A stretch of 58,448 nt of DNA from a virus (lineage: Duplodnaviria > Heunggongvirae > Uroviricota > Caudoviricetes). The stretch covers positions 1 through 58,448 of IMG/VR virus record IMGVR_UViG_3300037454_000478. One strand, given 5' to 3'. This document shows positions 1 to 9,358 of this stretch, piece by piece. The notes below the pieces were generated by a model. The model was not told the DNA's origin and did not search any database. It saw nothing but the letters and a program-made list of their open reading frames with translations. The position numbers and the translations under genes were made by a program. Within the stretch, counting starts at the first letter, position 1; the number at the start of each line of letters is the position of its first letter.

Positions 1-52
1 CCCGGTACAAAATATTACTGTATACGACTTGGAAAACGAATAATTTAAATAT

Positions 53-277
53 ATGCCAACGAAACAAATAAACCAAACTCCGGTTGAAAAACTCGATCAT
101 GCTGCTGTGGCATTCGATTCAACTGATTGCATATGCACCACTAATAATGGTAAAGTGCATATAAATGCACGTGTGGACTTCGCTAATTTTAATGAGATTA
201 TCGAATGTAACCTTGTATATATAATTGATTATCTCAAGTCGAAAAATTTTAACATATCAGTAAATGACAAACATTGA
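53..277 (+). CDS. hypothetical protein
   Basis: 74 aa ORF; stop overlaps the ligase start. Confidence 0.55.
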   Translation: MPTKQINQTPVEKLDHAAVAFDSTDCICTTNNGKVHINARVDFANFNEIIECNLVYIIDYLKSKNFNISVNDKH

Positions 278-1640
278 GAAAAACCGCAATTATCTCCACA
301 TAATCGCCACGGTTTGTGGATACCTGAACGAAACCAACAGTTCGGCTGAAAAGACCCGCCGGCTGATGTTCCTGAACGAAAACCGCGAGATCCTTGGATT
401 GGATATGGGGTCAACGACCGTGTTTCAAAAGGCACTCCGCATGACGTACTCGCCGTATGAAAAGTACGGTGTGACAAGCGATAACATCCGGAAGATGATG
501 AACCAACAGCCGGAAATCTCCTTCGAAGAGGATGAGGATATGTTCAACCTATTGGATGATCTTTCACTCAACCCATCCTCGAGCCACGCCACAATCAAGC
601 GTATTGTTCATTTCCTGAACAGCTTGGAAAACGAGGTGTATGTGGAAACATTCCTCAACATCATCGACAAGAACCTGAAAATCCGCATGGATTCCAAATC
701 CATCAATAAGGCTTTTCCGGAACTTATCCCGGTATTCGAAGTATCCTTATGTAAGGTGTATGACGAATACAAGGCCAAGGTGAGATTCGAAAGAGACCTG
801 TGGTATGCGAGCCGGAAACTGGATGGTTGCCGCTGCGTAGTTATCATCAAGGATGGCCATGTTACCAGCTGGAGTCGCCAAGGTAAGATGTTCGAAACCC
901 TTCGCGTACTGGAAAATGAACTCCTCGAACTCAGCCGCAATAACGGTAATTTCATCAACTACAAGGTGTTAGATGGTGAGATTTGCATCGTTGACAGCCT
1001 TGGCAATGAGGACTTCAAGTCCATTATGAAGGAGATCCGCCGTAAGGATCATACGATTTCCAACCCCATGTACCTCATGTATGACATGATGACTGTTGAC
1101 GAATTTGAAAAGGGTTACACCACCCGTACGTTTGGTGAACGTTTGACTGAACTTTGTTCCTCACTGGAGGATAAAGGCAAGCACTTCAGGGTTCTTGAAC
1201 AGATCCGCATCACCAGTCAGGAACAATTTGATCAACTCTTTGCGGAGGCACAGGAGAAGGGATGGGAAGGATTGGTCATCCGCAAGAATGATAACGTCAT
1301 TTGCCGCCGCACGGATTCCATGCTCAAACGTAAGGCGTTCAAGGATGCGGAATACATCGTCACCTCCGTGGAAACCGGCCCATTCCGTTGCATTGTTAAC
1401 GGCAAGGAGGTCGAGGAAAATGTGGTCACTAACTTCCACATCACTCACCGTGGCAATGATGTGAGTGTTGGATCGGGTCTCTCCCTCGAACAGCGCCGCT
1501 ATTTCAAGGAACACCCGGAGGAGCTGATCGGCAAGACCGTTACCATCCAGTATTTCGAGGAAACCGAAAATACGAAGGGCGAATTTAGCCTTCGCTTCCC
1601 GACCCTCAAGTACATTTATGAAAACGGTAGGGATGTCTAA
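264..1640 (+). CDS. lig: ATP-dependent DNA ligase
   Basis: Ligase motifs RKLDGCR (I), VLDGEI (III), EGLVIR (IV), LKRK (V), and OB-fold SLRFP (VI). Confidence 0.93.
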   Translation: MTNIEKNRNYLHIIATVCGYLNETNSSAEKTRRLMFLNENREILGLDMGSTTVFQKALRMTYSPYEKYGVTSDNIRKMMNQQPEISFEEDEDMFNLLDDLSLNPSSSHATIKRIVHFLNSLENEVYVETFLNIIDKNLKIRMDSKSINKAFPELIPVFEVSLCKVYDEYKAKVRFERDLWYASRKLDGCRCVVIIKDGHVTSWSRQGKMFETLRVLENELLELSRNNGNFINYKVLDGEICIVDSLGNEDFKSIMKEIRRKDHTISNPMYLMYDMMTVDEFEKGYTTRTFGERLTELCSSLEDKGKHFRVLEQIRITSQEQFDQLFAEAQEKGWEGLVIRKNDNVICRRTDSMLKRKAFKDAEYIVTSVETGPFRCIVNGKEVEENVVTNFHITHRGNDVSVGSGLSLEQRRYFKEHPEELIGKTVTIQYFEETENTKGEFSLRFPTLKYIYENGRDV

Positions 1641-1656
1641 AACACCCGGCCAAAAT

Positions 1657-1687
1657 AAAAAAAGGCCTCTCGCGAGAGGCCTTTTTT
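1657..1687. terminator. bidirectional intrinsic terminator
   Basis: Palindrome AAAAAAAGGCCTCTCGCGAGAGGCCTTTTTT between convergent genes. Confidence 0.85.
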
Positions 1688-1706
1688 CTTATATGTTGTT
1701 TGCGGA

Positions 1707-2132
1707 TTATTCCTCCGTGAAAAACGATTCCTTGATATAATCAAACAACGGACGCATGCCACCGAACCTTGATTCACCAAGTTCCTTGAGTTGATAAAGG
1801 GTCGAGGCGATTTGACCACGGATGGAATCCACATCGCTGGAGAGATCGGATTCGTCCTCGAAAAATTCCTTTTGACCGGCCTTTGTAAATTCGAGAAGTT
1901 CCTCAAGGTATTTGACGGCATCCTTACCATCAGCCTCGATGGTATTCTTATAGTTTTCGACCTTGCCATGGGTGCCCTGATAGTGTTCAATTAAGGCATC
2001 AACGAGTTTAGGCATTTCGTCATAAAACTCATTGAGGGCTTTATGGTCGGAGTATTTGCCGGTCATGAGGTGCTTTTTATGAGTTTCCGTCACGCTTTGA
2101 AGTAACGTACCAAAATATTCTTCAATATTCAT
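1707..2132 (-). CDS. ferritin/Dps-like four-helix protein with C-terminal CTS-like peptide
   Basis: ETHKKHL..HKALNEFYDEMPKLVDALIEHYQG resembles phage ferritin-like proteins; ends GGMRPLFDYIKESFFTEE. Confidence 0.65.
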   Translation of the reverse strand: MNIEEYFGTLLQSVTETHKKHLMTGKYSDHKALNEFYDEMPKLVDALIEHYQGTHGKVENYKNTIEADGKDAVKYLEELLEFTKAGQKEFFEDESDLSSDVDSIRGQIASTLYQLKELGESRFGGMRPLFDYIKESFFTEE

Positions 2133-2235
2133 GTCATTTGAGTTTATTTGAAATCGGTTTCGATTCCTTTATATAATAACCATCTAAAATATCAAACAAA
2201 AATTATTATATTCCAATGTACAAACTCTTTGGATA

Positions 2236-2499
2236 ATGACAAACCTTATACTCATATATATTGGAAAGGTGATGCTCACCGGATTGTTGATATGTGTCAT
2301 TGTTAACTTGGTTAATAATTTCATATCGACATATGACCACATGAAAAACAAATATAAGATATGCCGTACATTGACCGGCAAGTACATGAAGGTACCGGTT
2401 TTCCCGGTTTTCCCGTTTGATAATAAGATACTGGTGATGGTAAGCTCCATGATATTTGTATATATCTTTGTGGGCATCATCGTGTATATTTGGAGGTAA
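2236..2499 (+). CDS. small membrane protein
   Basis: Two hydrophobic stretches; abuts the next ORF. Confidence 0.55.
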   Translation: MTNLILIYIGKVMLTGLLICVIVNLVNNFISTYDHMKNKYKICRTLTGKYMKVPVFPVFPFDNKILVMVSSMIFVYIFVGIIVYIWR

Positions 2500-2733
2500 A
2501 TGACTGAATTTTTTCAAACGGTTGTCAGCTCGTTATTGGTATGGGTAGGACTCGTGTTTTGGATAGCAATAAAATCGGAGTTGATCCCCGATATCAAACA
2601 AATGAGTTGGAAATGTAGGCAAAAGTGGTTTTGGATATTGATAATCATCTCGTTTTACATCGCCATCATAATCCTATTGTTGTATGTGTGGTGTCCGCTT
2701 GTTTATTTCGATGATAAATTAAATATATTATAG
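2500..2733 (+). CDS. small membrane protein
   Basis: Two hydrophobic stretches. Confidence 0.6.
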   Translation: MTEFFQTVVSSLLVWVGLVFWIAIKSELIPDIKQMSWKCRQKWFWILIIISFYIAIIILLLYVWCPLVYFDDKLNIL

Positions 2734-2734
2734 C

Positions 2735-2983
2735 ATGATTACGTTAATGAATTTGGGAAATTTGGTGGTACTGTCAATCCAACTGATTGCTACAGCCGTG
2801 GTAATTCTTTTCATCGGGTATATATGTCATGTAATCCGGGATGTGATATGGTGTGGCTTCCGGTTATATCCATGGTATAAAAAGATTGCCATCATACTGA
2901 TTACCCCTCCAGTCATATTTGCCATCGTGTGGTTTGTTATATTCATATGGCTCGGGCCGGAAAATTGTCACCTCATAATGTAA
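2735..2983 (+). CDS. small membrane protein
   Basis: Two hydrophobic stretches. Confidence 0.6.
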   Translation: MITLMNLGNLVVLSIQLIATAVVILFIGYICHVIRDVIWCGFRLYPWYKKIAIILITPPVIFAIVWFVIFIWLGPENCHLIM

Positions 2984-2989
2984 ATATAA

Positions 2990-4771
2990 ATGAATAAGGA
3001 TATGCCAAAGATAATCACATGTATCGCCGAGAAACCTTCCGTGGCGAAGGATATTGCCAAAGTTCTTGGCTGTAAAGACGTAAAGGACGGATATTATGAA
3101 GGTTTTTCCGTTATTCTTGATGCTGTTACCCGTGTAACATGGACATTTGGTCATTTGTGTGAATTGAAACTTCCACACGACTACAATCCGGCATGGAAAC
3201 AATGGAATATGCAACAACTACCGCTTATTCCGGATCGTTTCCAAATCAAACTCAAACCAAATGACGGCGTGAAACACCAGTTCCGTATCATCAAGGAACT
3301 GTTCAATACCAGTGACGAAATCATCAACTGCGGTGATGCCGGGCAGGAGGGCGAACTTATCCAACGTTGGGTTCTTCAACAGACCGGTGCCAAGTGTCCG
3401 GTGAAACGTTTGTGGATCTCATCCATGACCGATGAAGCCATCCGGGATGGATTCAAGCATCTCGAGGATCAATCCAAATACCAACACCTATACGAAGCCG
3501 GGTTGGCCAGGGCCTGCGGCGATTGGCTTATCGGTATGTCCGCAAGTAGATATTATACCCTTCTCGGTCGTGGCCATGGAGCCCAATCAACACTTTCAAT
3601 TGGTCGTGTACAGACCCCAACCTTGGCTATGATCGTGAAACGTCAGGAAGAGATTGACAACTTTGTACCGGAGGATTACTACGTCCTTTCAACGATTTAT
3701 AGGGATGTTGTATTTCAGGCAACCAAAGGTTCATACTCCGATAAGAGTGAAGCAACCGAGGATCTCAACGCCATTAAAAAGGATGATTTCGTTGTAACCG
3801 GAGTTACCACAAAGAAGGCCTCCGAATTACCTCCCCGCCTATACGACCTCACAAGCCTGCAGGTGGATATGAACAAGAAATATGGATATTCCGCCGAGTT
3901 CACCCTGGAGACCCTTCAAAAATTGTATGAGAACAAACTGGTTACATATCCGCGTGTGGATACCACATATCTTCCGGATGATGTATACGGTGACTGCCCG
4001 AGGATCCTTCGTGGATTAACCGGATACACTGATTATGTTAACGAGTTGAATCTCAACAAGTTGCGTAAAGATAAGAAGGTGTTTGACTCTTCAAAGGTCA
4101 CGGATCACCACGCCATCATCCCAACCGGAAAGACCCCGTCCATGCTTTCCGACTCAGAAATCAATCTTTACGATGATATTGTCAAACATTTCATTGCCGT
4201 ATTTTATCCGGATTGCGTCAAATCCGTCACCACGGTAACCGGCAAAGTCGGTAAGGTGGAATTTAGGGCAACCGGTAATCAAATCCTTGACATTGGATGG
4301 TATTCCGTGTTTGGCCGGTCACCGGAGGGCAAGCTTCTTCCGGATTTCAAGAAGGGCAAACATGGCCCCCATAAACCGACCCTTACCACACGTACAACCA
4401 CTCCGCCACCACTTTATACGGAAGCCACTCTTCTCCGTGCCATGGAAACCGCCGGAAATGAGGTTGAAGACGAGGAAATGAGAGCCGCCATGAAAGCCAA
4501 TGGTATCGGACGTCCATCCACGCGTGCTGCCATTATCGAACTCTTATTCAAACGCGGATACATTGCCCATCAAAAGAAAAACATCATCCCAACAAGTATC
4601 GGTATCAATTTGATCGGCGCGGTCAATAATCCGCTTTTGAAATCGCCGGAACTCACCGGCCAATGGGAACGTAAACTCCGCGAAATCGAAGCCGGCAAGT
4701 ATCCGGTTGGGTCATTCATTGATGAGTTAAAGGATATGACGTATCAAATCGTTGGAAAGAAAAGAGCATAA
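2990..4771 (+). CDS. topB: DNA topoisomerase III (type IA)
   Basis: TOPRIM motifs IAEKPSVA and DAGQEGE; SIGRVQTPTL; catalytic TYPR; HHAIIPT; GIGRPSTRA. Confidence 0.95.
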   Translation: MNKDMPKIITCIAEKPSVAKDIAKVLGCKDVKDGYYEGFSVILDAVTRVTWTFGHLCELKLPHDYNPAWKQWNMQQLPLIPDRFQIKLKPNDGVKHQFRIIKELFNTSDEIINCGDAGQEGELIQRWVLQQTGAKCPVKRLWISSMTDEAIRDGFKHLEDQSKYQHLYEAGLARACGDWLIGMSASRYYTLLGRGHGAQSTLSIGRVQTPTLAMIVKRQEEIDNFVPEDYYVLSTIYRDVVFQATKGSYSDKSEATEDLNAIKKDDFVVTGVTTKKASELPPRLYDLTSLQVDMNKKYGYSAEFTLETLQKLYENKLVTYPRVDTTYLPDDVYGDCPRILRGLTGYTDYVNELNLNKLRKDKKVFDSSKVTDHHAIIPTGKTPSMLSDSEINLYDDIVKHFIAVFYPDCVKSVTTVTGKVGKVEFRATGNQILDIGWYSVFGRSPEGKLLPDFKKGKHGPHKPTLTTRTTTPPPLYTEATLLRAMETAGNEVEDEEMRAAMKANGIGRPSTRAAIIELLFKRGYIAHQKKNIIPTSIGINLIGAVNNPLLKSPELTGQWERKLREIEAGKYPVGSFIDELKDMTYQIVGKKRA

Positions 4772-4773
4772 AT

Positions 4774-5322
4774 ATGATACCATCAACCAACATAACAAAA
4801 GAAGAGTTTCGAAAACTGGAACTACCGATAGGTGTTATATTTAAGGACATCCCTACCGGCACAAATCTCAAAGTGGTGGCCACATGTTGTGGTTCACATA
4901 TGTGTGACGATTGTTTCTATAAGGATACGGAATGCCTACCCAATGGCAAGTGGGCCAATGCCCCTCTATGTAGTTGGGTTGACCGTAATGACGGACAAAA
5001 TGTTAAGTTTGTAAAGGTTTCCGGAGACCCGGATGAATCCGAGATTCCAACATCACAACCCATGGCGAAAAATGCAATAAAGGAATATCTTGAGGATAAC
5101 TATCCGGATAGTTATTTGTTTGACGACTTGGATGATGCCATTGTCGGTGTATCAACATCGGATAATATCGTATATGAATTTGACAAGATAGTCCAAATCC
5201 TGATGGAACGCGATGGCATGACCTACGAAGAGGCTGTTGAATATATTGATCATAATATAGACAGGGTATTACCATACATGAGTGAAGGATTCCCGATTAT
5301 AATGAAAAATATTGAAATATAA
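4774..5322 (+). CDS. hypothetical two-domain phage protein
   Basis: Cys-rich N-half; C-half DDAIVG...MTYEEAVEYIDHN resembles a common phage family. Confidence 0.7.
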   Translation: MIPSTNITKEEFRKLELPIGVIFKDIPTGTNLKVVATCCGSHMCDDCFYKDTECLPNGKWANAPLCSWVDRNDGQNVKFVKVSGDPDESEIPTSQPMAKNAIKEYLEDNYPDSYLFDDLDDAIVGVSTSDNIVYEFDKIVQILMERDGMTYEEAVEYIDHNIDRVLPYMSEGFPIIMKNIEI

Positions 5323-5765
5323 TGGATACCATAACCGAACAAGAATACCTGTTAACTGATCAGGAACACGAACGAGTGCTTCGTTTTATCAGGGAACAAC
5401 TTGAAAATCCATTTATATACTACCGGATGTGGCTGGAAGGTTATAGGAGTTTATTTGATCCGGATACGTATATGCCAATGCAAATTGTTAAATTCTATGT
5501 ATTGAGTGGTCGGGAGATCATTGAATATTCATATGCATGTGATACTCAAGTCACCTCACTTAATGATTTCAAAAATAGAATCACACATGATGGCTGCAAA
5601 GGCAATGTTGCACAATTTATCGGCCCATGGGTACCAGCGGATAGCTCAATCAAGGAGATGGCTGCAATTATCAAGATTTATGAAGATATTCAATATGCAA
5701 AACACAGAAGCCTCCCGCGTTTATCCAAGAAACATATCGAACCACAAGTATCAAATCTCATATGA
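5322..5765 (+). CDS. hypothetical protein
   Basis: TAATG coupling to the upstream gene. Confidence 0.7.
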   Translation: MDTITEQEYLLTDQEHERVLRFIREQLENPFIYYRMWLEGYRSLFDPDTYMPMQIVKFYVLSGREIIEYSYACDTQVTSLNDFKNRITHDGCKGNVAQFIGPWVPADSSIKEMAAIIKIYEDIQYAKHRSLPRLSKKHIEPQVSNLI

Positions 5766-6517
5766 TGGAGGTCAATCGTATATATAATGAAGATTGCCTT
5801 GAAGGGATGAAGAAAATACCTGACGGAGTCGTGGATGCCATCATCTGCGACTTACCGTATGGTACAACCTCATGTCAATGGGATGTCGTGATACCATTCG
5901 ACCAATTATGGGAGCAATACCACCGGATATGTAAGCCGAACGCGGCAATCATATTATTCGGTAGTGAACCATTCTCGTCATTTTTAAGGATGAGTAATTT
6001 GGATGAATACAGGTATGATATTTACTGGGAGAAGGAGCGTCTCACCAACATAAACCAAGTCAAAAGACGGGTTGGAAAAACCGTGGAGACTATCTCCATA
6101 TTTTACAAATCCCAATGTACCTATAATCCACAAATGACCATTTATACCGGCACGCCAAGGACTAACAAGGTAAAGAACGGTAAACTTGGAAAATTAACCG
6201 ATGGTAGTGAAAAACCGGTTTTTGAATATAAGGACAATGGGCTCCGTTACCCAACACAGGTTTGGAAGTTTCAACGGGACTGTCTTACCAGCAACATACA
6301 TCCTACCCAAAAACCGGTGGCCTTAATTCAACAACTCATAAAAACATACACCAACGAAGGCGAGTTGATCCTTGATAATTGTATGGGATCCGGTACCACG
6401 GCGATAGCCACAATACTTGAAAACCGCCGGTTTATTGGGTTTGAATTGGATAAGGAGTACTACGATAAAGCAAACGAGCGTATCGCCGACTATTATAGGC
6501 ATGAAAAGGAAAATTGA
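5762..6517 (+). CDS. DNA amino-methyltransferase (N6A/N4C, beta class), copy 1
   Basis: DLPY motif IV before DNCMGSGTT motif I; HPTQKP. Confidence 0.92.
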   Translation: MMEVNRIYNEDCLEGMKKIPDGVVDAIICDLPYGTTSCQWDVVIPFDQLWEQYHRICKPNAAIILFGSEPFSSFLRMSNLDEYRYDIYWEKERLTNINQVKRRVGKTVETISIFYKSQCTYNPQMTIYTGTPRTNKVKNGKLGKLTDGSEKPVFEYKDNGLRYPTQVWKFQRDCLTSNIHPTQKPVALIQQLIKTYTNEGELILDNCMGSGTTAIATILENRRFIGFELDKEYYDKANERIADYYRHEKEN

Positions 6518-6779
6518 AAGACAGGATAAGCTAACTGCATGTTATAAATTTGACAAGGAATCCAACATGTATGATATCGTGGTAAATTTTCCACTTGGAA
6601 AATTAACCGGCAGTGATGCAAATTATCTTCTCAGTCACGTTTTTACCCAAGAGTTCAAATTGGAGATGGAAAGGCGTGGATACGACATATCAACCTTCAA
6701 ATTTGAAATTTCCCCAAAAATTCCTACGAATAGACCGGATAAATTCGAAACTCTTAACAAAAAGTACAACAATGATTGA
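6501..6779 (+). CDS. hypothetical protein between the two MTases
   Basis: ATG at 6501 (MKRKIERQ) overlaps the MTase 1 end; stop overlaps the MTase 2 start. Confidence 0.65.
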   Translation: MKRKIERQDKLTACYKFDKESNMYDIVVNFPLGKLTGSDANYLLSHVFTQEFKLEMERRGYDISTFKFEISPKIPTNRPDKFETLNKKYNND

Positions 6780-7512
6780 ACTTGACCGCATATATAATGA
6801 AGATTGTCTTGAGGGAATGAGGAATATACCGGATGGATCCGTTGATGCCATCATATGCGATCTACCGTATGGTACAACGGCTTGTTCGTGGGATGTGATA
6901 ATACCTTTTGAGCCATTATGGGAGCAATACAATAGGATATGCAAAGGTAATATTGTTTTGTTCTCTTCGGGTTTATTCACTCACAAGTTGATTGAGAGTA
7001 ACATATCGAAATTCAAATACAAACTCATTTGGAAGAAAAACGTACCAACCGGGATGGCCTCATCAAAATATAGGCCGATGAAATATTATGAGGAGATTTG
7101 TATCTTCAATGGAGGTACATACAATCCCATAATGAAGGAACGGGTTGGTGTAGGAAAGGCATGCTACAATTACGACCATTATTGTGGTGAATCAAACCAC
7201 TTGACCCTTGGAAAGAAACCAATAAGATATAATCCTGATTTTGTACAACCTTCGGATGTTTTGGAGTTCAATGTTGTGCCAAACAGAAACGGCAAATTGC
7301 ACCCAACACAGAAGCCGGTTGAATTGTTACAATGGTTGGTAAAGACCTATACAAATGAAGGCGATTTGATCCTTGATAACTGTATGGGCTCCGGTACCAC
7401 AGCAATTGCAGCAATCCGGGAAAATCGGCATTTTGTTGGATTTGAATTGGATGAAACGTACTATATGCGTGCAATGAACCGTATCGGTGATGAACTTGGG
7501 GATCGTTGTTAA
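6772..7512 (+). CDS. DNA amino-methyltransferase (N6A/N4C, beta class), copy 2
   Basis: Start trimmed to MIELDRIYNED by analogy with copy 1; DLPYGTT, HPTQKP, DNCMGSGTT. Confidence 0.92.
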   Translation: MIELDRIYNEDCLEGMRNIPDGSVDAIICDLPYGTTACSWDVIIPFEPLWEQYNRICKGNIVLFSSGLFTHKLIESNISKFKYKLIWKKNVPTGMASSKYRPMKYYEEICIFNGGTYNPIMKERVGVGKACYNYDHYCGESNHLTLGKKPIRYNPDFVQPSDVLEFNVVPNRNGKLHPTQKPVELLQWLVKTYTNEGDLILDNCMGSGTTAIAAIRENRHFVGFELDETYYMRAMNRIGDELGDRC

Positions 7513-7536
7513 TTATCCCGGATTTTCCATTATATA
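7508..7536 (+). promoter_or_regulatory. phage promoter-like motif GTTAAN-N17-TATATA
   Basis: GTTAAT 7508-7513, 17 nt spacer, TATATA 7531-7536; upstream of 7564. Confidence 0.65.
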
Positions 7537-7563
7537 TTCATGTAACCAGTAAAATGTTTTATA

Positions 7564-7803
7564 ATGACCATATGCCATGTATATTCCGAGCAGGCGAACT
7601 ACGATAAGGAATTTTATTCAGTAGCCGCCGCAAAAAAGGAAATGAAGCGCCTTATCAGGGAAGGATATACGGATGTTCATGGTAATAAAACCAAGGTTTG
7701 GGCCAATGGTGATTGGGAAAACTGCGGTGAGATCACATTAACCGGTAGTAATGCGGCATTTATAGCCAACTCCCCCCGAAATATGAAGCATTCAAACTAT
7801 TAA
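7564..7803 (+). CDS. hypothetical protein
   Basis: 79 aa ORF downstream of a promoter motif. Confidence 0.7.
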   Translation: MTICHVYSEQANYDKEFYSVAAAKKEMKRLIREGYTDVHGNKTKVWANGDWENCGEITLTGSNAAFIANSPRNMKHSNY

Positions 7804-7806
7804 GCG

Positions 7807-8343
7807 ATGAAAAGAATACCACCTTTACAAAACAGGGATTTCGAACCTACGTACCGTGAAAATGGTACCCAATGCCCTGCATATGATCACACGGTAAACG
7901 AATCATTCGTTCCCGGCAAGACCCAGTGTGATAACTGTAGTCTATGTAGACAACAGGTCATCCAATCCCAATCCAAGGAATCCTGTGGCGTAATGTGTAT
8001 GTGGCGTAAGGATCCTCCATTCGAACCCCTTTATAAGGTCGGTGAGGAGAAGTGGTATCTTTACACATACCATTGTCCGGTAAAAAAGAAAATCCGCAAG
8101 GTCGAGTGGTCTCCAAGGAACGGATGTTGGATGTATACTTTTGCGCGAGAACAACATAGGTATGAGGAATCCCATGTATTTAATACACTCAAGGAAAGCG
8201 ATGAATATATCCTGTTATACAAAGCCGCAAGCCTTTTGGATGATCTCGCCAATCACCGTGATCGTTACGGTTCCTTGCCGGAAGCATTAAGGGAACTTTC
8301 GCTCCCGGTGGAAAACAAATTATTACCTCCAGCGGAGGATTGA
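7807..8343 (+). CDS. hypothetical protein with Cys-rich N-terminus
   Basis: CxxC-type clusters; in operon position. Confidence 0.65.
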   Translation: MKRIPPLQNRDFEPTYRENGTQCPAYDHTVNESFVPGKTQCDNCSLCRQQVIQSQSKESCGVMCMWRKDPPFEPLYKVGEEKWYLYTYHCPVKKKIRKVEWSPRNGCWMYTFAREQHRYEESHVFNTLKESDEYILLYKAASLLDDLANHRDRYGSLPEALRELSLPVENKLLPPAED

Positions 8344-8344
8344 T

Positions 8345-8373
8345 GTTAAGATACCTCAAAATTCCTTTATATA
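8345..8373 (+). promoter_or_regulatory. phage promoter-like motif
   Basis: GTTAAG-N17-TATATA. Confidence 0.7.
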
Positions 8374-8399
8374 TGGTTGTAATATAAAGGAATTTTTTT

Positions 8400-9038
8400 A
8401 TGCAATATACACCTAATATGATCGAGATATCCGAGGAGCCACTATATGAGCTTAACGAGACTCTTATTAACCGTGCATACGATGATCGGTTATTGGAGCC
8501 CTTTCCGCTCGATAGCCGGAATCTTTTTCGTATAACGTTTGAAAACCGAACCGGTAAGTTATACGTACCGGATATACCCAGTCACCGGGCAATGTGTGAA
8601 GATAACACCATCGAACGTGTATGCTTTGCAGATACCGTGGAAGGTTGCTTCCGGGCCATCCCTGAGGGATCACGGTTTATTGATAGAGGACAGTATTTAT
8701 ACCCGGAAGTAGCCCATGCCCATATTTATGTACATGTTCCTATTTTCGACAATTATTTCTTGAGGGCCATCAGGGACGGATTCGTTGCCTATCCACACAC
8801 CCAACTGGTGCCGGATTCCTATATCACACAGGAGGTATGGGTGATGGACAGTGTAACCGTGAAATGTGTTGCTGAAATGTATGCGTGGTACGATGCAAAG
8901 GAAAACCCAAATTTCACTTCCCTGGATGAACTTCCGGTTCGCCTTGAACTCATCAACTGCGATTATGAGGATCCGGATTTGTTTGTTGACAGTTTATTCG
9001 AACATCCGGAATATACCCTTCCAATGTATGAGCTGTAG
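8400..9038 (+). CDS. conserved phage protein, possible ADP-ribosyltransferase fold
   Basis: LFRI..., RVCFADTVEGCFRAI and VPDSYITQEVW; the fold is inferred. Confidence 0.6.
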   Translation: MQYTPNMIEISEEPLYELNETLINRAYDDRLLEPFPLDSRNLFRITFENRTGKLYVPDIPSHRAMCEDNTIERVCFADTVEGCFRAIPEGSRFIDRGQYLYPEVAHAHIYVHVPIFDNYFLRAIRDGFVAYPHTQLVPDSYITQEVWVMDSVTVKCVAEMYAWYDAKENPNFTSLDELPVRLELINCDYEDPDLFVDSLFEHPEYTLPMYEL

Positions 9039-9066
9039 TTAACAATCGCAAAATATTTTTTATATA
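9038..9066 (+). promoter_or_regulatory. phage promoter-like motif
   Basis: GTTAAC-N17-TATATA. Confidence 0.65.
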
Positions 9067-9091
9067 TAATTGAATCGAAATTTTAAGCAAT

Positions 9092-9337
9092 ATGAACAAG
9101 ATCAAAGCAAGATGCATTAAGGAGTCGTATACTTGGGACGGCGACAACGAGCAACACACATTTGCTCCGGTAAAACTTGGATTAACTTACTCATTTGAGA
9201 ACATGAACGGCACATACTGGCTCGATTTGTCCGATCTTCCGAATCCCGGTGATTTTGTTGACGAAAAAGGGTTCTGCTACGAGTCTGCAAGAGGCGTTGA
9301 GGAAAAGTACTTCAACGAGATGTTTGAAATCATTTGA
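9092..9337 (+). CDS. hypothetical protein
   Basis: 81 aa ORF downstream of a promoter motif. Confidence 0.7.
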   Translation: MNKIKARCIKESYTWDGDNEQHTFAPVKLGLTYSFENMNGTYWLDLSDLPNPGDFVDEKGFCYESARGVEEKYFNEMFEII

Positions 9338-9358
9338 TCCCACCAAAATCATTAGAAA

